NCBI RefSeq assembly: GCF_006345805.1
Contig: NC_043003.1
Coordinates: 25,172,001 to 25,236,000 of the forward strand
Length of the DNA stretch: 64,000 nt
Reading direction: 5' to 3'
From: Octopus sinensis
Lineage: Eukaryota
Part shown: piece after piece, positions 13,845-27,636 of the stretch
Numbering within the stretch: position 1 is the stretch's first letter
Layout: each line of letters opens with the position of its first letter
Program-made: the position numbers and the translations under genes
Notes under the pieces: generated by a model
Seen by the model: the letters and a program-made list of their open reading frames with translations, nothing else
Database searches by the model: none
Told to the model about the DNA's origin: nothing

Positions 13845-14128
13845 TATATGCATATTTATATATAAATATACATATATATATGTATATGTATGTATACACG
13901 CGAGCATGCACGTACACACACACATAGTGAAAAGAAGATATTAATTACTAAAAGTATAATGTTTAAAGCCTTGTGGTATATATATATATATATAAATATA
14001 TATATATGTATACATAAATATATAAATATATATGCGTGTGTGTGTATATATACAGATATATATTCATATGCATATATATATATGTCTGTATGAGTATTTA
14101 CATTACATACACACACACACACACACAT

Positions 14129-14159
<31 letters not shown>

Positions 14160-14247
14160 ATACACATGCATATATATATTCATATAGACATTGTATGTAT
14201 GTATATATATATATATGTATATGTATAATATATATATTATGTATGTA

Positions 14248-14288
<41 letters not shown>

Positions 14289-14320
14289 ATATATATATAT
14301 TATATATATATATATATATA

Positions 14321-16900
14321 ATCCTTAAATCTTAAAATGTTTAGCCCGAAGGCCGCGCCATGCTGGGGCACCACCGCTGAATGAGCCACACTAGTTTGTG
14401 AATCCACCTCTGATACGTGGCACTTGATCAACAAGGGAGTTCGATGCTGCTGCCCGCATCCGGTCTCCTGTCGTGAGGTAGGTTCATCTGGGACTTCCAA
14501 AAAGAAGAGATCCAGTTTAGTTTTAAAGAAACCCACCTCCACACATGTAAGTCTCTCAGGCATTTAGGGAGGAGTTGAAAAGCTGTGGTCCTCTGAAACC
14601 CAAGTGTTGCAGTATCTGGACCTGTATTTTGATGGTGATGTTGGAATCCTTGGCACCACGCAGCGGCGCCCCGTTCTGCGGTTGGAGTAACTTTGAATGC
14701 AAAGTTTGGGATAAGACCCTCCAGGATTTCCAGATGTATATTACTGCATATCTCTCCCGCCTCCGCTCCAGGGAGAGAGGTTTTAATACCTTCAGTCTTT
14801 CCCATTAGCTGACATTTTGCATTGAGACGATTTTCTTTGTGTAGCTTCTCTGAGTTGCTTCGAGTTCTGCTGTTGTTTTATATTGTGTGGGGTGGACCAA
14901 AGTTGGGGGAGCAGTAGTAGTCCAGCGGCTGAGGACAAAGTTTTCATAGGACCATCAGTGTCTCCTTCTCTCTTGTTCTGAAAGTTCGGAGAATCCATCC
15001 AGCTAGCCGTCTGCATTTATCACCAGATTAGCAATATGCATTGGAAAGATGCATCATTGCTCATGTCAATGCCCAGGTCACGCACTGATTTTGACTCAGG
15101 GATTGCAATTCTTCCTGGGCCAGTGTATCCAGTCTTCACGTCATTTACCTTTGTGTGCCAGTAGCGCAGGGCCTGGAACTTACCTGCATTAAACTGCATG
15201 TTGTTGTCCTCAGGCCACCTGTATATTGTGTCCAGCTCATGTTGCAGATGCGCAATATTTTCAGGGTTCTGTATTGCGTGGGAGACCTTTGTGTCATCTT
15301 GCATAGCTAGCAAGGGTGGTCATCGTAGCAACTGAAGGCATGTCTGAAAAGGGCCACTATGAACATCAGTGGCCCCAAGACAGTGCCCTGTGGGACACCG
15401 CTTGTTATTTGCGTTTCCCTGGAGGTGGCTCCATTGCTCACAACTGCCCTTTTTCTGTCTTTTAGGAAGTTGTGCAGCCACTCTCCAAGTTCCCGCCTAT
15501 GCCGATAGACACGCAGTTATATGACAGATCATACCATGGTCGACTTTATCAAAAAGGCTTTGCAAAGTCAAAGATATAACATCCACATTTGAGCCATTTA
15601 GTAGCTGTTCAAAACCAGTCATAGTGCTGCAGGAGCTGTGTTAGGCAGCCTCTACCTGGTCGAAATCCATGCTGGGTGTCAGACAGTAAGTCATTTTCTT
15701 CAAGGAACATGATTAGTTTCTTACGGACTATTCGTTCCATGACTTTGCTGATGTGTGAGGTCAGAGAGATAGGCCTATAATTTTAGCATCTGCTCTGCCC
15801 TCCCTTATGGATAGGGCATATTACCCCCTCTTTCAGTTGACTGGGAGCTTACCACTTGCAGAAGCTCTCTGAAAAAGAAGCTGTAGCGGTTTGCAAGGGC
15901 TCGTTTGCACGATTTGAGAAGGATCGCTGGGAATCCATCAGGTCCAGCAGCTGAGTTTGTTGTCAATCTCATCAATGGCTAGTGTGATATCATCTTGTCG
16001 ATGTTTGATGTACAATTTTTGTCTCTTTGGCCGCTGTTAAAGTGGCAAAGAATTCTTGGGTTGGTTACTTGCCTGTGTCCTAGAGGTGTAGTGAACACAA
16101 TTTGGAACTGTTCGTTCAGTTATTTCACTTATCCTCGTGGGATTTCCTGTGAGAGAGCCATCTTTTGGAAGAGAGGTCTATTCTCTGGTGCACTGTGGCT
16201 GTCTCTTTGGCAAACTTAAAGAAAGCTTTAGGGTGTGATTTTATATTTTCTATTACCCAGCTTCTTTATCTGCTCTTCCTTTTCATGGGACTGATGTAGA
16301 CTTTTTCAGTTTCCATTAGCATTCTTTCGAGCCGAGACTTCTCACACTTTTGGTGTGCTTGCTCAGGCGGTTTGCAATCCTGTCCGTCGTCTCATAGAAT
16401 CCTCCTTTCTCTAGGGATCCTGTTTATTCTTGTTGTGTGCTGGCCTGCACATTGGGACATATTTTGTCACATATGGCTTGTATTATGGACATGAAGTGTT
16501 TGGGTTCATGTTTATGTCCGGTGTGTGGAGAGACATTCAGGCCAATCATGTTTGAGGATCTCTTTCTCAATCGACTTCCAGTTGGCTTTATGAAAGTTTA
16601 AGTTGGAGAGATGGTGGGGCTTCGTATAGGCTGTGTGTCTGCGGGGGCTTTTGTTCCATACATAGACAGCTCTATTATGTTGTGATCCGAGATCATTGTC
16701 GGCATCACATTAACATTATGGATAATATCCATATTGTTTGTAAAGCAGAGATCCAGTATATTATCTGCCCTTGTTGGTTGCAGAACTATTTGCTCCATGA
16801 AAGAGGTATGTGAGATGGAGGCAGGGACTCCACCTGTGCCTGCTGATGTTTGTGTCATCCCTTGGGAGCATCTGCCCCCCAGGCCATTCCACATTGGGGA
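14321..16900 (-). mobile_element. CR1/L2-group LINE, 5'-truncated with frameshifts (end of APE endonuclease + RT + 3' end)
   Basis: APE C-terminus PTRADNILDLCF...ISDHNII (16598-16800); RT motifs NYRPISLTSH..KVMERIV, QHGFRPGRGCLTQLL, GVPQGTVLGPLMF and a frameshifted YADDTK; C-terminal EVPDEPT. Flanked by (TA)n on both sides. Confidence 0.9.
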
Positions 16901-16938
16901 GGTTATATATATATTATATATATATATATTATATATAT

Positions 16939-16967
<29 letters not shown>

Positions 16968-16969
<2 letters not shown>

Positions 16970-17029
16970 TGATTTTTGATTTTGATTTTTCTAGTTTCAG
17001 CTAATGAGCTGTGGCCATGCTGGGGCACC

Positions 17030-17032
<3 letters not shown>
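16968..17032 (-). mobile_element. Very short 3' end of a related LINE/SINE with an (AAAATC)n-like tail
   Basis: Reverse complement reads GGCGGTGCCCCAGCATGGCCACAGCTCATTAGCTGAAACTAGAAAAATCAAAATC; embedded in (TA)n. Confidence 0.7.
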
Positions 17033-17107
<75 letters not shown>

Positions 17108-18635
17108 ATACAAACATACACTATATATATATATATATATATATCTGTGCGTGTGTGTGTGTGCGTGCGTGTATGTATCTATGAATGTTGTGTTGTCTTT
17201 GTATTATGTTGCGTTGTTTCTCACCAGCCGCTTGTCAATTGTCTACGTACCCATAACTTAGCGATTCGTGATAAGAGACCGATAGAATAAGTACTAGACT
17301 TAAATAAATAATAAAAAAAAAACAAGTACCGGCTCTGATTTCTTCGACTAAAAAAAAAAAAAGCTTCAAGACAATGCTCCAGTATGACCGCAGTTGAATC
17401 ATTAAAACAAATAAAAATATAAAACAAATACATTTTTAAAAAAAATGAAAATTCGAAACTCGAATCGCATAGCAGCTTTGCAACTGCACCTTGAGCCTTC
17501 AAATAAATATATCTAATCTGTTCTGCAAATGGAATTTGCACTCCATGCTATTTACAATTGTCCATGTCTAAGCAAAAAAAAAACAAGAAAAGAACATTTG
17601 CTGCGAGACTACTTTTTCTTTCTCTATACATACTAAATGCATACTTATGATCAGCTTAATCGATTTAAACATCAACTTGTTTACACAGACAAAATCATCA
17701 GCACATGAAAACATTTCAAATCTACCATTTTGAACTGCATGTTTTCGAAGCATTGTTGTTGCTGCTCTTGTTATTATTATTATTATTATTATTACTATTA
17801 TTATTATCATTATTATTTTGTTTCACGAATGCTTCCATTTTACATTTCAAAGTGAAAATATTTATGTTTCTTTCCTTGCAGAAACTTGTTACGTTCATTA
17901 AACCTCTCAAATATGTCTGACACATAGCGTAATTTGCAGAACTAAATCTCATAAAATAAAAATTTTAGAAGAGTAGTGTGTGTGTGTTTTTCTTTTCTTT
18001 TGTTTCCTTTCTTGACAAATACATTATTATAATTTTTTTTTTTACAGTTTACGAGTCGTCAAAGCTCGTTTCTTTGAAAGCCATCATACTTCTATGTGCA
18101 GTAAGTGTACGGAAGACAGATTCTATATCCTGGTGTAGATTAATGAAGAGTTGGCTATTTAATGTGTGGCTAAATGAACTTGATAATTTTAACTACATCT
18201 TGTATTACGGCACTTACCAATAAAGAATATTTTTTTACCTAGTAAAGCCTCTCGAAGTATCCTGCATCTAAACTATAATAGAGAAAATCTCTTAGTTGGA
18301 ATTATGTAACTTTTACAAAGAGAAGGCAATTATTAAAGTCTCTGTTGTCTAGAAAATTATTAAAAATTCCAATTTTGATATATTTTTATCAAAATTTGTT
18401 GTGTGAATATAGTAGTGGAGTATATACAAATTGAAAATAGACTCATGAGACAGATACAGATATTATTATAAGCAATGAAGAAACTGAATAGCAGTAAAAG
18501 TGGTACAACAGCATTAGCTTAAGTTCCAAATACATGCAATGCTAATCCCTGCCTTTCTCTCTATACCTATCTGCCTATCGGTTTGTTTCTCTATTCCACT
18601 CTCTCTCTCTCTCTCTCTCTCTCCATATATATATA

Positions 18636-18682
<47 letters not shown>

Positions 18683-18705
18683 TGTGTGCGTGTGTGTGTG
18701 TGCGT

Positions 18706-18962
18706 GTGGGAGCGCGTAGCTTAGTGGTTAGGGTGTCAGCATCATGATCGTAAGATTGTGGTTTCGATTCCTGGACCGGGCGAAACGTTGTGTTCTTGAG
18801 CAAAACACTTCATTTCACATTGCTCCAGTCCACTCAGCTGGCAAAAATTAGTAACGCTGCGATGGACTAGCGTCCCGTCCAGCTGGAGAAAATATATGCC
18901 ATAGAAATCGGGAAACCAGTCCCATGAGCCTGGCTAGGCTTTAAAAGAGCGCATTTATTTTT
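18706..18962 (+). mobile_element. SINE family C (tRNA-derived head)
   Basis: A-box TAGCTTAGTGGTTAG, B-box GGTTTCGATTCC, body CTTGAGCAAAACACTTCATTTCAC..GCTCCAGTCCACTCAGCTGGC. Confidence 0.85.
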
Positions 18963-18985
18963 ATTATATATATATATATATAAAT

Positions 18986-19036
<51 letters not shown>

Positions 19037-19711
19037 AACACACATATACATATAAATATAAATATATTTATATAACTATATATATATATTTGTATATATA
19101 CATACATATATATGTGTGTGTGTGTGTACGCACATGCATATATATTTATGTATATGCATATATGCATATGTGTTTGTCCGTGTACACATACACACACATA
19201 CACACACACAAACACAGAGTTCTCTTACTATGTCCCGTTTGATTCGTTATCCTGATACCATGGACACGTGATTTATGACCTTTGCTGTGAGTTTCGTAGT
19301 TATACGCTCGATTAGTGATGGCATGAAATCGATTGATGTAACTTATTATAATCATCATCATCGCTATTATTGTTGTTGCTGCTGCTGCTGCTGCTGTTGT
19401 TGTTGTTGTTGTTGCTCTTGGTGATATTTTTCTCGTATCGACTCCTGTTATAAATTATTTGACTTTCAACAGGAGATCGTGATAAAAGGTAACATTTTGT
19501 TGTGAATTTACATCCATAATATCAAGTCATGCATTTGTGGAAAGACTTAAAAGGACAGAGTGAAATGGTTTCAAAGGATTAAGATTAAAAAAAAAAAAAC
19601 TGTAAATTTGTAGTTGTTGTTTACCTTCGGAACGAACCTGAACGTGTAAACATATGATCAATGCTGTTCCAAACGTGGCTCTTCTGTATATTTTTCCATA
19701 AAATAATAACA

Positions 19712-19966
19712 AAAATAAATGCGCCCTTTTAAAGCCGAGCCAGGCTCTTGGCTCGGTTTCCCGGTTTCTATGGAGTATGTGTTCCCCAGCTGGACGGGAC
19801 ACCAGTCCATCGCAGAGTTACTTATTTTTGCCAGCTGAGTGGACTGGAGCAACGTGAAATGAAGTGTTTTGCTCAAGAACACAACGCGTCGCCCGGTCCA
19901 GGAACCGAAACCACAATCTTACGATCATGATGCTGACACCCTAACCACTGAGCGACGCGCCTCCAC
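19712..19966 (-). mobile_element. SINE family C, inverted relative to the 18706 copy
   Basis: Close reverse-complement match to 18706-18962. Confidence 0.85.
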
Positions 19967-20727
19967 ATATTTTTCCATATTGTATCATTATTCATGTCGT
20001 TCCTCATTAACCTCTGCTACTATATTTCAATTGAAATACAGACGAAATACGGCTACGCATTTCGCCCGGCGTGCTAACGTTTCTGCCAGCTCGCCGCCCT
20101 TATATGTCGTTTGGAATATAAATGTATATGATAATTTTATGAAAGGTTTTAATTTAGACCACGTCACAGCAAGAAATTTGTATCATAGAAACGCAAGCGA
20201 CCTTAGACGTGTCGGTATTCAAAGATTTAAGTTGGTATGGCAGGATTTGAAGGAAATATGGCTCTTATTTGACAACTATGTTTCTCTCCGCCACAGAGTC
20301 CAGTACTCAATTATCGCGAGAGCTGTGCCAGCGGAGCACAAGCTACTATTAGGGCCATTCATGCTAGACAAGTCAAAAAGATAGATATCAGACAAACATC
20401 AACTACCTCTTCTCAGAAATATGGTTTTGCTAACGCCACTACTTAGAAAACGCAAAGTTACAGAAATATCGATGACAATTCAACATCAAGACTTGGGGGC
20501 GGAAACGACGCTAAGAATCGAGAACAGTGGAGAAAAGTCGTCAATAGCCTATATTACATAGTGAGCAAAGGGCTTAAGTAATTATGCTTCTCTAGTAAGT
20601 CTAGCGACCGCGTAGATGCTTCACCTCATTGGCTTGCAAAATTTTCATCAGGGGGAAAAAGATCAGCAGAAAACAATGGCTGTCAGAAAGGATAGGAAAT
20701 GCGTGGAAGAGAAAATGAAGTTGAATA

Positions 20728-20889
20728 AGCGCAAGAATGGCTGTGTGGTAAAAAGCTTCCTTCATAATCACATAGTTCCAGGTTCAGTCCCACTGCGTGG
20801 CGCCTTGGGTAAGGGTCTTCTTCTATGGCCTCGGGCCAACCAAATCCCTGTGAATGGATTTAGTAAACGGAAACTGAAAGAAGCCTGTC

Positions 20890-20925
<36 letters not shown>

Positions 20926-21155
20926 GTGTATGTGTCTGTGTGTGTGTGTGTCTGTCCCTCCACCATCGCTTGACAACCGATGTTGGTGTGTTTACGTCCC
21001 TGTAACTTAGCAGTTCGGCAAAGTGACCTATAGAATAAGTACTAGGCTTACAAAGAATAAGTTCTGGGGTCGATTTGTTCGACTAAAGGCCGTGCTCCAG
21101 CATGGTCGCACTCAAATGGCTGAAGCAGAAAAAAAAAGAAAGAATAAAAGAATAA
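20728..21155 (+). mobile_element. SINE family A
   Basis: Same head, body and tail as the other family A copies. Confidence 0.85.
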
Positions 21156-21179
21156 AGCTAATAACACTGTGTACCACGA

Positions 21180-21450
21180 TATTTGTCCTTGGGTAGCAAC
21201 TGTTATTTCTTATTTGCTTACCCCTAGAAAGTCTGAAAAATGGTTAATATTTCCTTCAAATTTTGCTTTTGTTACATTTATTCAAATCCAAGGAATCCCT
21301 CTCAACAAATGGCTGTGATGCACCCCCACTAATCCTGCTCATGATCAAAGTCGCACATATTGTTAGCCTATAAGTGATTTTCTCAAGTGGTTAAGGTCAA
21401 TCAACTGACAAGCACATCTGTGATATTGAGCAGAACATTTGCTGTAACGA
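21180..21450 (-). repeat. Interspersed repeat, related in reverse orientation to ~31860-32050
   Basis: CAACTGACAAGCACATCTGTGATATTGAGCAGAACATTTGCTGTA is the reverse complement of TACAGCAAATATTCTGCTCAATACCACAGATTTGCTTGTCAGTTG, with mismatches. Confidence 0.7.
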
Positions 21451-22681
21451 TATTTCTGCTTCAGCAGCTCAGCCCTGAATCTGTTTGAAAAGTAATGGAA
21501 AATAGGTCAGTTTCAAATCATTGATGTTCCGGTCACAAAAGCAGAGTTTGAAGGAAATAGTAGTTATTTCCTTTGATTTTTAGATAGAAGCAAATAGGAA
21601 ATAATACTTACTGACCAAAAATAAAAGAATTAAAAATATAAAAATTGTTACATAGTGTAATAAGATTGAAAGTTACCTACATAAGATTATGTGTGGAAGT
21701 ACCACCGTTGAAAGTTTCAATAAAGATATGTCCCTTATAACACTGGTCTCTGAAACCATCTAAATGAATACTGGGTGTCTCTGTGAAATGACGTTGGTCT
21801 TATATCATCTGAAGACCGAATGAAATTTTTAGCTTTGTTATGAAACTAACAATAACAATGCGTTAACTCATTATTTGACAATAGCAACGCTCGCAGACAG
21901 ACAGGAAGATATGTACAGAATCGTGTATTATTCTACACTCACTCGTATAAGTACTCTAGTTTTGCTCATTTGTTCATATAAACTCTTGTACTCTATGTGT
22001 GTACGTGTGTCTGTATGTGTGCATTAGCGCGTTTATGTATGTATAAATGTATATGTAGGAATGTGTGTGTGTTGCACGTATTTGTGAGTACAATAATATT
22101 TAGCACATACGTGTACACTTGGACATGAGAAGACCTTTCACTGTGGAAATAGTCTTGGGAGAAAATTCTCCTCATAGACAATGAGTGTAAAAATATATCA
22201 TTGTCCTATGAATGACATCCTCAGATCGTAGGATGCATGCATTTCTGCATGATTGTGCTTCATCAGTTACAAATATCGAATCGGTCGTTCACAGCCATGT
22301 CAGAATGCTTGTTCTTATATATAGGAACAACAAATAGTACATTTGATGATGTACACAAAGCTCGGGGAAGCTGGGATTGATCAAATGAAGGCGCACAAAG
22401 TAGCAGTGAATGAAATATGTACCTACAAATGTATTTAACATGCTCGTGCACACATGAACATGGGAAAACTTTTCGATGCGGAAATAATCGGAGGGGAGAA
22501 AATTCTGAAACATATTTTGCCTGAAAACACACCATTGGACTTTGAATGACGTCATTGGATCATATATACATACATACGTACGTACATACATGTACATACA
22601 TTATACATACATGCTTACGTACAACATATCTCCGAAAATGTACAATGAGTTCCTCTTGAAGGATAATACTATGATCAAACA

Positions 22682-23913
22682 CGAGGTCTGATAAAAAAAT
22701 ATCGGGACTGTTGCTATGGTAACGGAGTTAAAGTAGACAGAATGAAGCCGCTTCGCACAGAGATACACCTTGAACTCTGTAGCGCATACACACAAAGTTA
22801 TAAAGTTCTCACTTCCGTTGTTTGCAGCAGTGCTTGGAAGTAAAGAGTGTAGAGTGTGGCTGTTTCAGAACACCACAGAGGTTCCATCAGAGACCATAGC
22901 AGAGAAAACTGAGCAGACAATCTGTATAAAATTTTGCCAAAAGCTTGGTGATATATGCGCAGAGACCGACGCAAAGTTGCGGAAAGTATATGGAGAGGTG
23001 TGTCTGAGCCAGACACGAGTGTACGAGTGGTTCAAACATTTCTAAGATGGCCGACAAAATGTCGACAGTGACGCACGTTTTCAGAGACCAGCGGAACTGA
23101 AGAAAACATTGCAGATGTGTGAGAAGCTGTTCGGAACGACCGTCGAATCACTGTGCGTGAGTTGTCGAAGAATGTGAATATTAGTTACAGTTCAGTTCAG
23201 TTCATTCTCACTGAAGATTTGGGTATGAGACGTGTGTCTGCCAAGTTTGTGCCAAATCTGCTTTCGACTGGCCAAAAAGAAGATCGGGTTTCAGCTGTAC
23301 AAGATCTCTTTGACTGTGTTGAGGAAAAAAAAACTTTTAAAAAATGGTCATAACAGGTGATGAATCGTGGATCTATGGTTATGACACTAAAACCATGGCT
23401 CAATGGAAGACCCCGACCTCTTCGCGAAAAAGAAAGCACGAATGAGTCGAAGAAATGTGAAGACACTGTAGATACCCTTTTTCGCCTAGAATGGATAGTT
23501 CATCATGAGTATGCTTCACCTGGCCAAACAGTGAACAAGAAGTACTACCGCGACGTTTTGCGACGTTTGCGAGATACTGTTCTTCGGAAAAGGACAGAAT
23601 TGCATGCGTCCGGTCAGAGGTATCTCCATCATGACAACGCACCTGCCCATTCAGCGCAGTTTGTGCAGCAGTTTTGGGCCAAGCACAACATTCCCCAGAT
23701 CTATCAACCACGATATTCACCAGATCTCGTCCCTTGCGAATTTTTCCTCTTCCCAAAAAGGAGTTCCAGAAATTCTTCTATCAATGGAAACGATGCTGAA
23801 TAAAGTGTGCGGCTTCAGAAGGGGACCACTTCAAAGGAGACTAAATGCAAAATTGATGTCTGTTGCAGTTTTCTTTTTATTGCATTAGTCCAAATATTTT
23901 TTGTCAGACCGTG
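22682..23913 (+). mobile_element. Near full-length mariner transposon with a pseudogenised DD34D-type transposase
   Basis: TIRs CGAGGTCTGATAAAAAAATATCGGGACT / AGTCCAAATATTTTTTGTCAGACCGTG|TA; motifs EQTICIKFC, VSAKFVP, VITGDESWIYGYD, LHHDNAPAH, YSPDLVPCEFFLFPK; stops and frameshifts present. Confidence 0.93.
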
Positions 23914-23924
23914 TATATAAGAAC

Positions 23925-24345
23925 CCAGTGTGGCAGAGACCATATCAATTCATAATACCAAAGATTACTGGTGGAATGTCTCTGTAAAAACCTCAATAAA
24001 ATGCAAACATAATAGACCAGACACACTGATCTGGTGCAGAAAAGAGAAACTATATGGAGTATTGGAAATCAATTGCCCTGCAGATGTCAACAGAAAGCTA
24101 AAGATTAGTGAAAGCGAAAACACCTACACTAAATCATTAAGAAATTTACAGCTACACAACCCAGAATACACGTTCAGATTTATACTCGTAATTATTGAGG
24201 TACTGGTATATGAACAAACTGCCTCCATACTAATCTTGAGAAATTAAGGTTCGGAAAACCAGAAGGGAGATAGCTAATTGGAAGACTACTAGACATCAAT
24301 GGAACAGTCAAGTTATGTAAAACTTTCCAGAAGTTTAGCATGTAA
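23925..24345 (+). pseudogene. Restriction-like endonuclease (RLE) domain fragment of a non-LTR retrotransposon (R4/Dong-like)
   Basis: KDYWWNVSVKTSIKCKHNRPDTLIW...LEINCPADVN...K..Y..L matches the RLE NRPD..(D/E)..P..K..Y pattern. Confidence 0.75.
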
Positions 24346-25189
24346 ATAGATGCATGAGCATATGTCTAGACGTGAAACTATATGTATACGTATTGTTGCA
24401 TGTCTAGACAATAGTTATTATGCATAAAACAAAACACAGAAATCTATAGATATTGACTCCAAATACTTTTACATATACTCACATACATGCGCAACTATTC
24501 TGTTGGTGTTGAAATTTCAATGACGATCTAACTGAGAAAACGGCTTTCTTCAATGACAAGAAATATAATACACCACACACACACACACACAAACACACAT
24601 ACACATACACACACATAGATGATGGCTGCAAACTCATGTTCGAGTTTTATCATCGCCTGATCGAAAGTCCCACATATGCGAAGGCTACTACGACCTGCCA
24701 TTTTTCAAGTGATGCCTGTACATGATGGTTTTTTTATAGTGGAGAAGGGATTTGCACAAATTCAATCCCACTCTCTGGACATGGACAACATACACTCGAA
24801 AAGAAGGACTAGTCTACATCATCGAATACTGTCAGTGTCACAGACCTTCTCTCAGAGCTTCCTTCTCCTAGTGAGAACAACAACAGAGGGGCCTTCCATT
24901 CCCAGTAGGCCAACCGCGCGCCTGAACACCAACCCAAGTATTTCCACTTCCCCGTGCATACATACACGCATACATATATATGTACAAATATTGTTGGATG
25001 GCCGTTGACTGCTCATGTCTTATTTTTCGTCCCGTAGGGTGTGCAACAATCACCCTCTTCACCAAGTAAGCTTGATGGGGTTACCAGTTTAGTCGTCGAC
25101 GACCCGACCATGCAACAGGTTGTGCTGGGTTACATGTTACCAGTAGCGCCCAAGAACGACCCGACATAACGTACATACATACATACATC

Positions 25190-25508
25190 TGAAACCCCCT
25201 TCGGTCACGACACAGACCATAGATTGCGCCTAGAAAGTTACCCTCCCAAGCACAAGTCCGGGCAAGGTTGTTTATGGAAGACCAGCAGTCACCCATGCAT
25301 ATCGGCCTCCCCTCTCCACGCCACTAATGTTATCCAAGGGAAAGGCAAAGGCCAATACAGCTTGGCACCAGTGATGTCGCAACTCATTTCTACAGCTGAG
25401 TGAACTGGAGCAACGTGAAATAAAGTGTCTTGCCCGGTCCGGTGTTTGAGCTCACAACCTCACGATCGTAAGCTCGACGCTCTAACCACTGAGCCATGCG
25501 CCTTCACA
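25190..25508 (-). mobile_element. tRNA-derived SINE (family C variant with a different tail)
   Basis: Reverse complement GTGAAGGCGCATGGCTCAGTGGTTAGAGCG...GCAAGACACTTTATTTCACGTTGCTCCAG; similar copy at ~63210-63500 (+). Confidence 0.75.
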
Positions 25509-25593
25509 AAATACATACATGTGTACATACATACAAGCATGCATACATATGTATATATATATATGTAATATATATATATATATAATATATATA

Positions 25594-25640
<47 letters not shown>

Positions 25641-25715
25641 ATATATATACATACATACTACATACATACATACATACATACATACACACATACATAGAAA
25701 ACTATTACGTTATTA

Positions 25716-25973
25716 TTGGGTTGGTGTATAAGTCTATTGCGATTTTTTTTTTCAACAAATTTTATTCGACAAATACAATAACAATATTTAACGAAAGTAT
25801 CTTTAAATGACGGTCTGACCGTCTGCCAAGCAATTGCTGGGAAGCAGCAAATGAAGAAGATGGTGAATATACTCCGGAATAATAATTTAAAGATGTTTTT
25901 GTTACATATTGTTACTGATTTTGTTGGATAAAATTTGTTGACAAAAAGTCGCAATAATTATGCACCAACCCAT
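25716..25973. mobile_element. Mariner-derived palindromic MITE
   Basis: TA|TTGGGTTGGTG...GCAATAATTATGCACCAACCCAT|TA (Hsmar/MADE-type TIR); ~90 bp inverted arms; centre encodes mariner C-terminus DRLPSNCWEAANEEDGEYTPE*. Confidence 0.85.
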
Positions 25974-27207
25974 TACAATCGGTAATAACATAGGTGTATG
26001 TATATATGGCATCACCTAAAACAATCGCTGAGAGTTTAAGTTTCAAGTTAAAAAGAATAAAAGCCTAACTTTCAAATATAGTTCATGATTTAATTATATT
26101 CAACAGGTGTTTTAATGTCATAAAACCTCATTATTAAAAAAAGTACTTAATTAAAATAATTAATTGATTTAAAAGTGATGTTACACATATCATCAGGAGA
26201 AAAATCCCAGCAATATGGATGAAATATCGCTTTTAAATTGATATATTTATTAATTATGCATTTTGATTATGTAATTATATAAATGATGATGGTGTATGCC
26301 ACTGAAACATCTGTTTAGTACAATTAAATTATGAGCTGTATGTGAAATCTATCCTTTTCTACTTTATACTCTAATAATAATAATAAAAATAATAATGAAT
26401 AATAATATAATAATAATAAAAAAAATATAATAATATAATTAATAATATAATAATAATGTAATAATAATAATAATAATAATAATAATTATAATAATATAAT
26501 AATGATAATAATGATAATAATAATAATAATAACAAATAATAATGATTGTAATGATAACAATAAATAATTACAATAAATGTTTTGACGGGTACTGATAAAA
26601 AAAAGATGCATTAAGATGCTACTAAATGCTGCTTACGGATTACCATAAAACTTGGATGACAAACGTTAACTTTATTATTTATGTAAAATAACTTTATAAT
26701 TTATATAAGTTATATATAAGGATTTTATAAGGATTTTAAAAATAGCGATTTAAATTTGAATTTAACATTTTTACATTTGAATTTTACAACAAATAACCAG
26801 TATTTACACTCCATGTGGATACGTTTATATCTAAAGGCAAACTGTTTGGAAGATTTGTGTAATAACCAGAGTTTCATTTGGTTGAATTCTGTAGTCGGAT
26901 AGTTCAGAGAATACATACAGAAAGCTAAACAAAACTGGAGAGTTGTGTTCATAGGTTATTAAAGTTACATCATATACGTACGCATGTACGAATGCATATA
27001 TACATATATGGATGCACGTATGTATACTTTCGTACTTATTCTATCAGTCTCTTTTGCCTAACCGCTGAATTCCAAGTATCTAAACAAACCACACCGGTTG
27101 TCAAGCGAATGCATGTATACACAACCCACACACACACACACAACATACACACACACATACACACACCACACACACACAACAGATATATATAATATATCAT
27201 ATATATA

Positions 27208-27244
<37 letters not shown>

Positions 27245-27436
27245 ATGTGTATTAGTTAGACATGGCCTGGACCAATCTCTGGTCGAAACATATCTAAGTT
27301 TATCTAAGTTATACCTGTACGACATATTACATTTATATATATGTATGTATTGTTTGTGTGTGGGTTAGCCACATTTAAGTGGCAAATATACTTCACAATA
27401 TCGTGCTGTTACTGTTTATACCCTCACTCAGAGATT

Positions 27437-27487
<51 letters not shown>

Positions 27488-27600
27488 TATGTATATATTA
27501 GCACGAAGCCTTAATGATGCAGTGAGCATCAACCTGTTTAAGAAATGAGAGCTAAAGTCTCAATATATATATATTATATATATAATATATATATATATAT

Positions 27601-27636
<36 letters not shown>

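Noticed and set aside
20150-20560. RTE-like 3' fragments (also ~4290-4480 and ~62850-63050 on the minus strand)
   Set aside because: There are suggestive short motifs (e.g. NREQWRKVV) but too little alignable sequence to assign.
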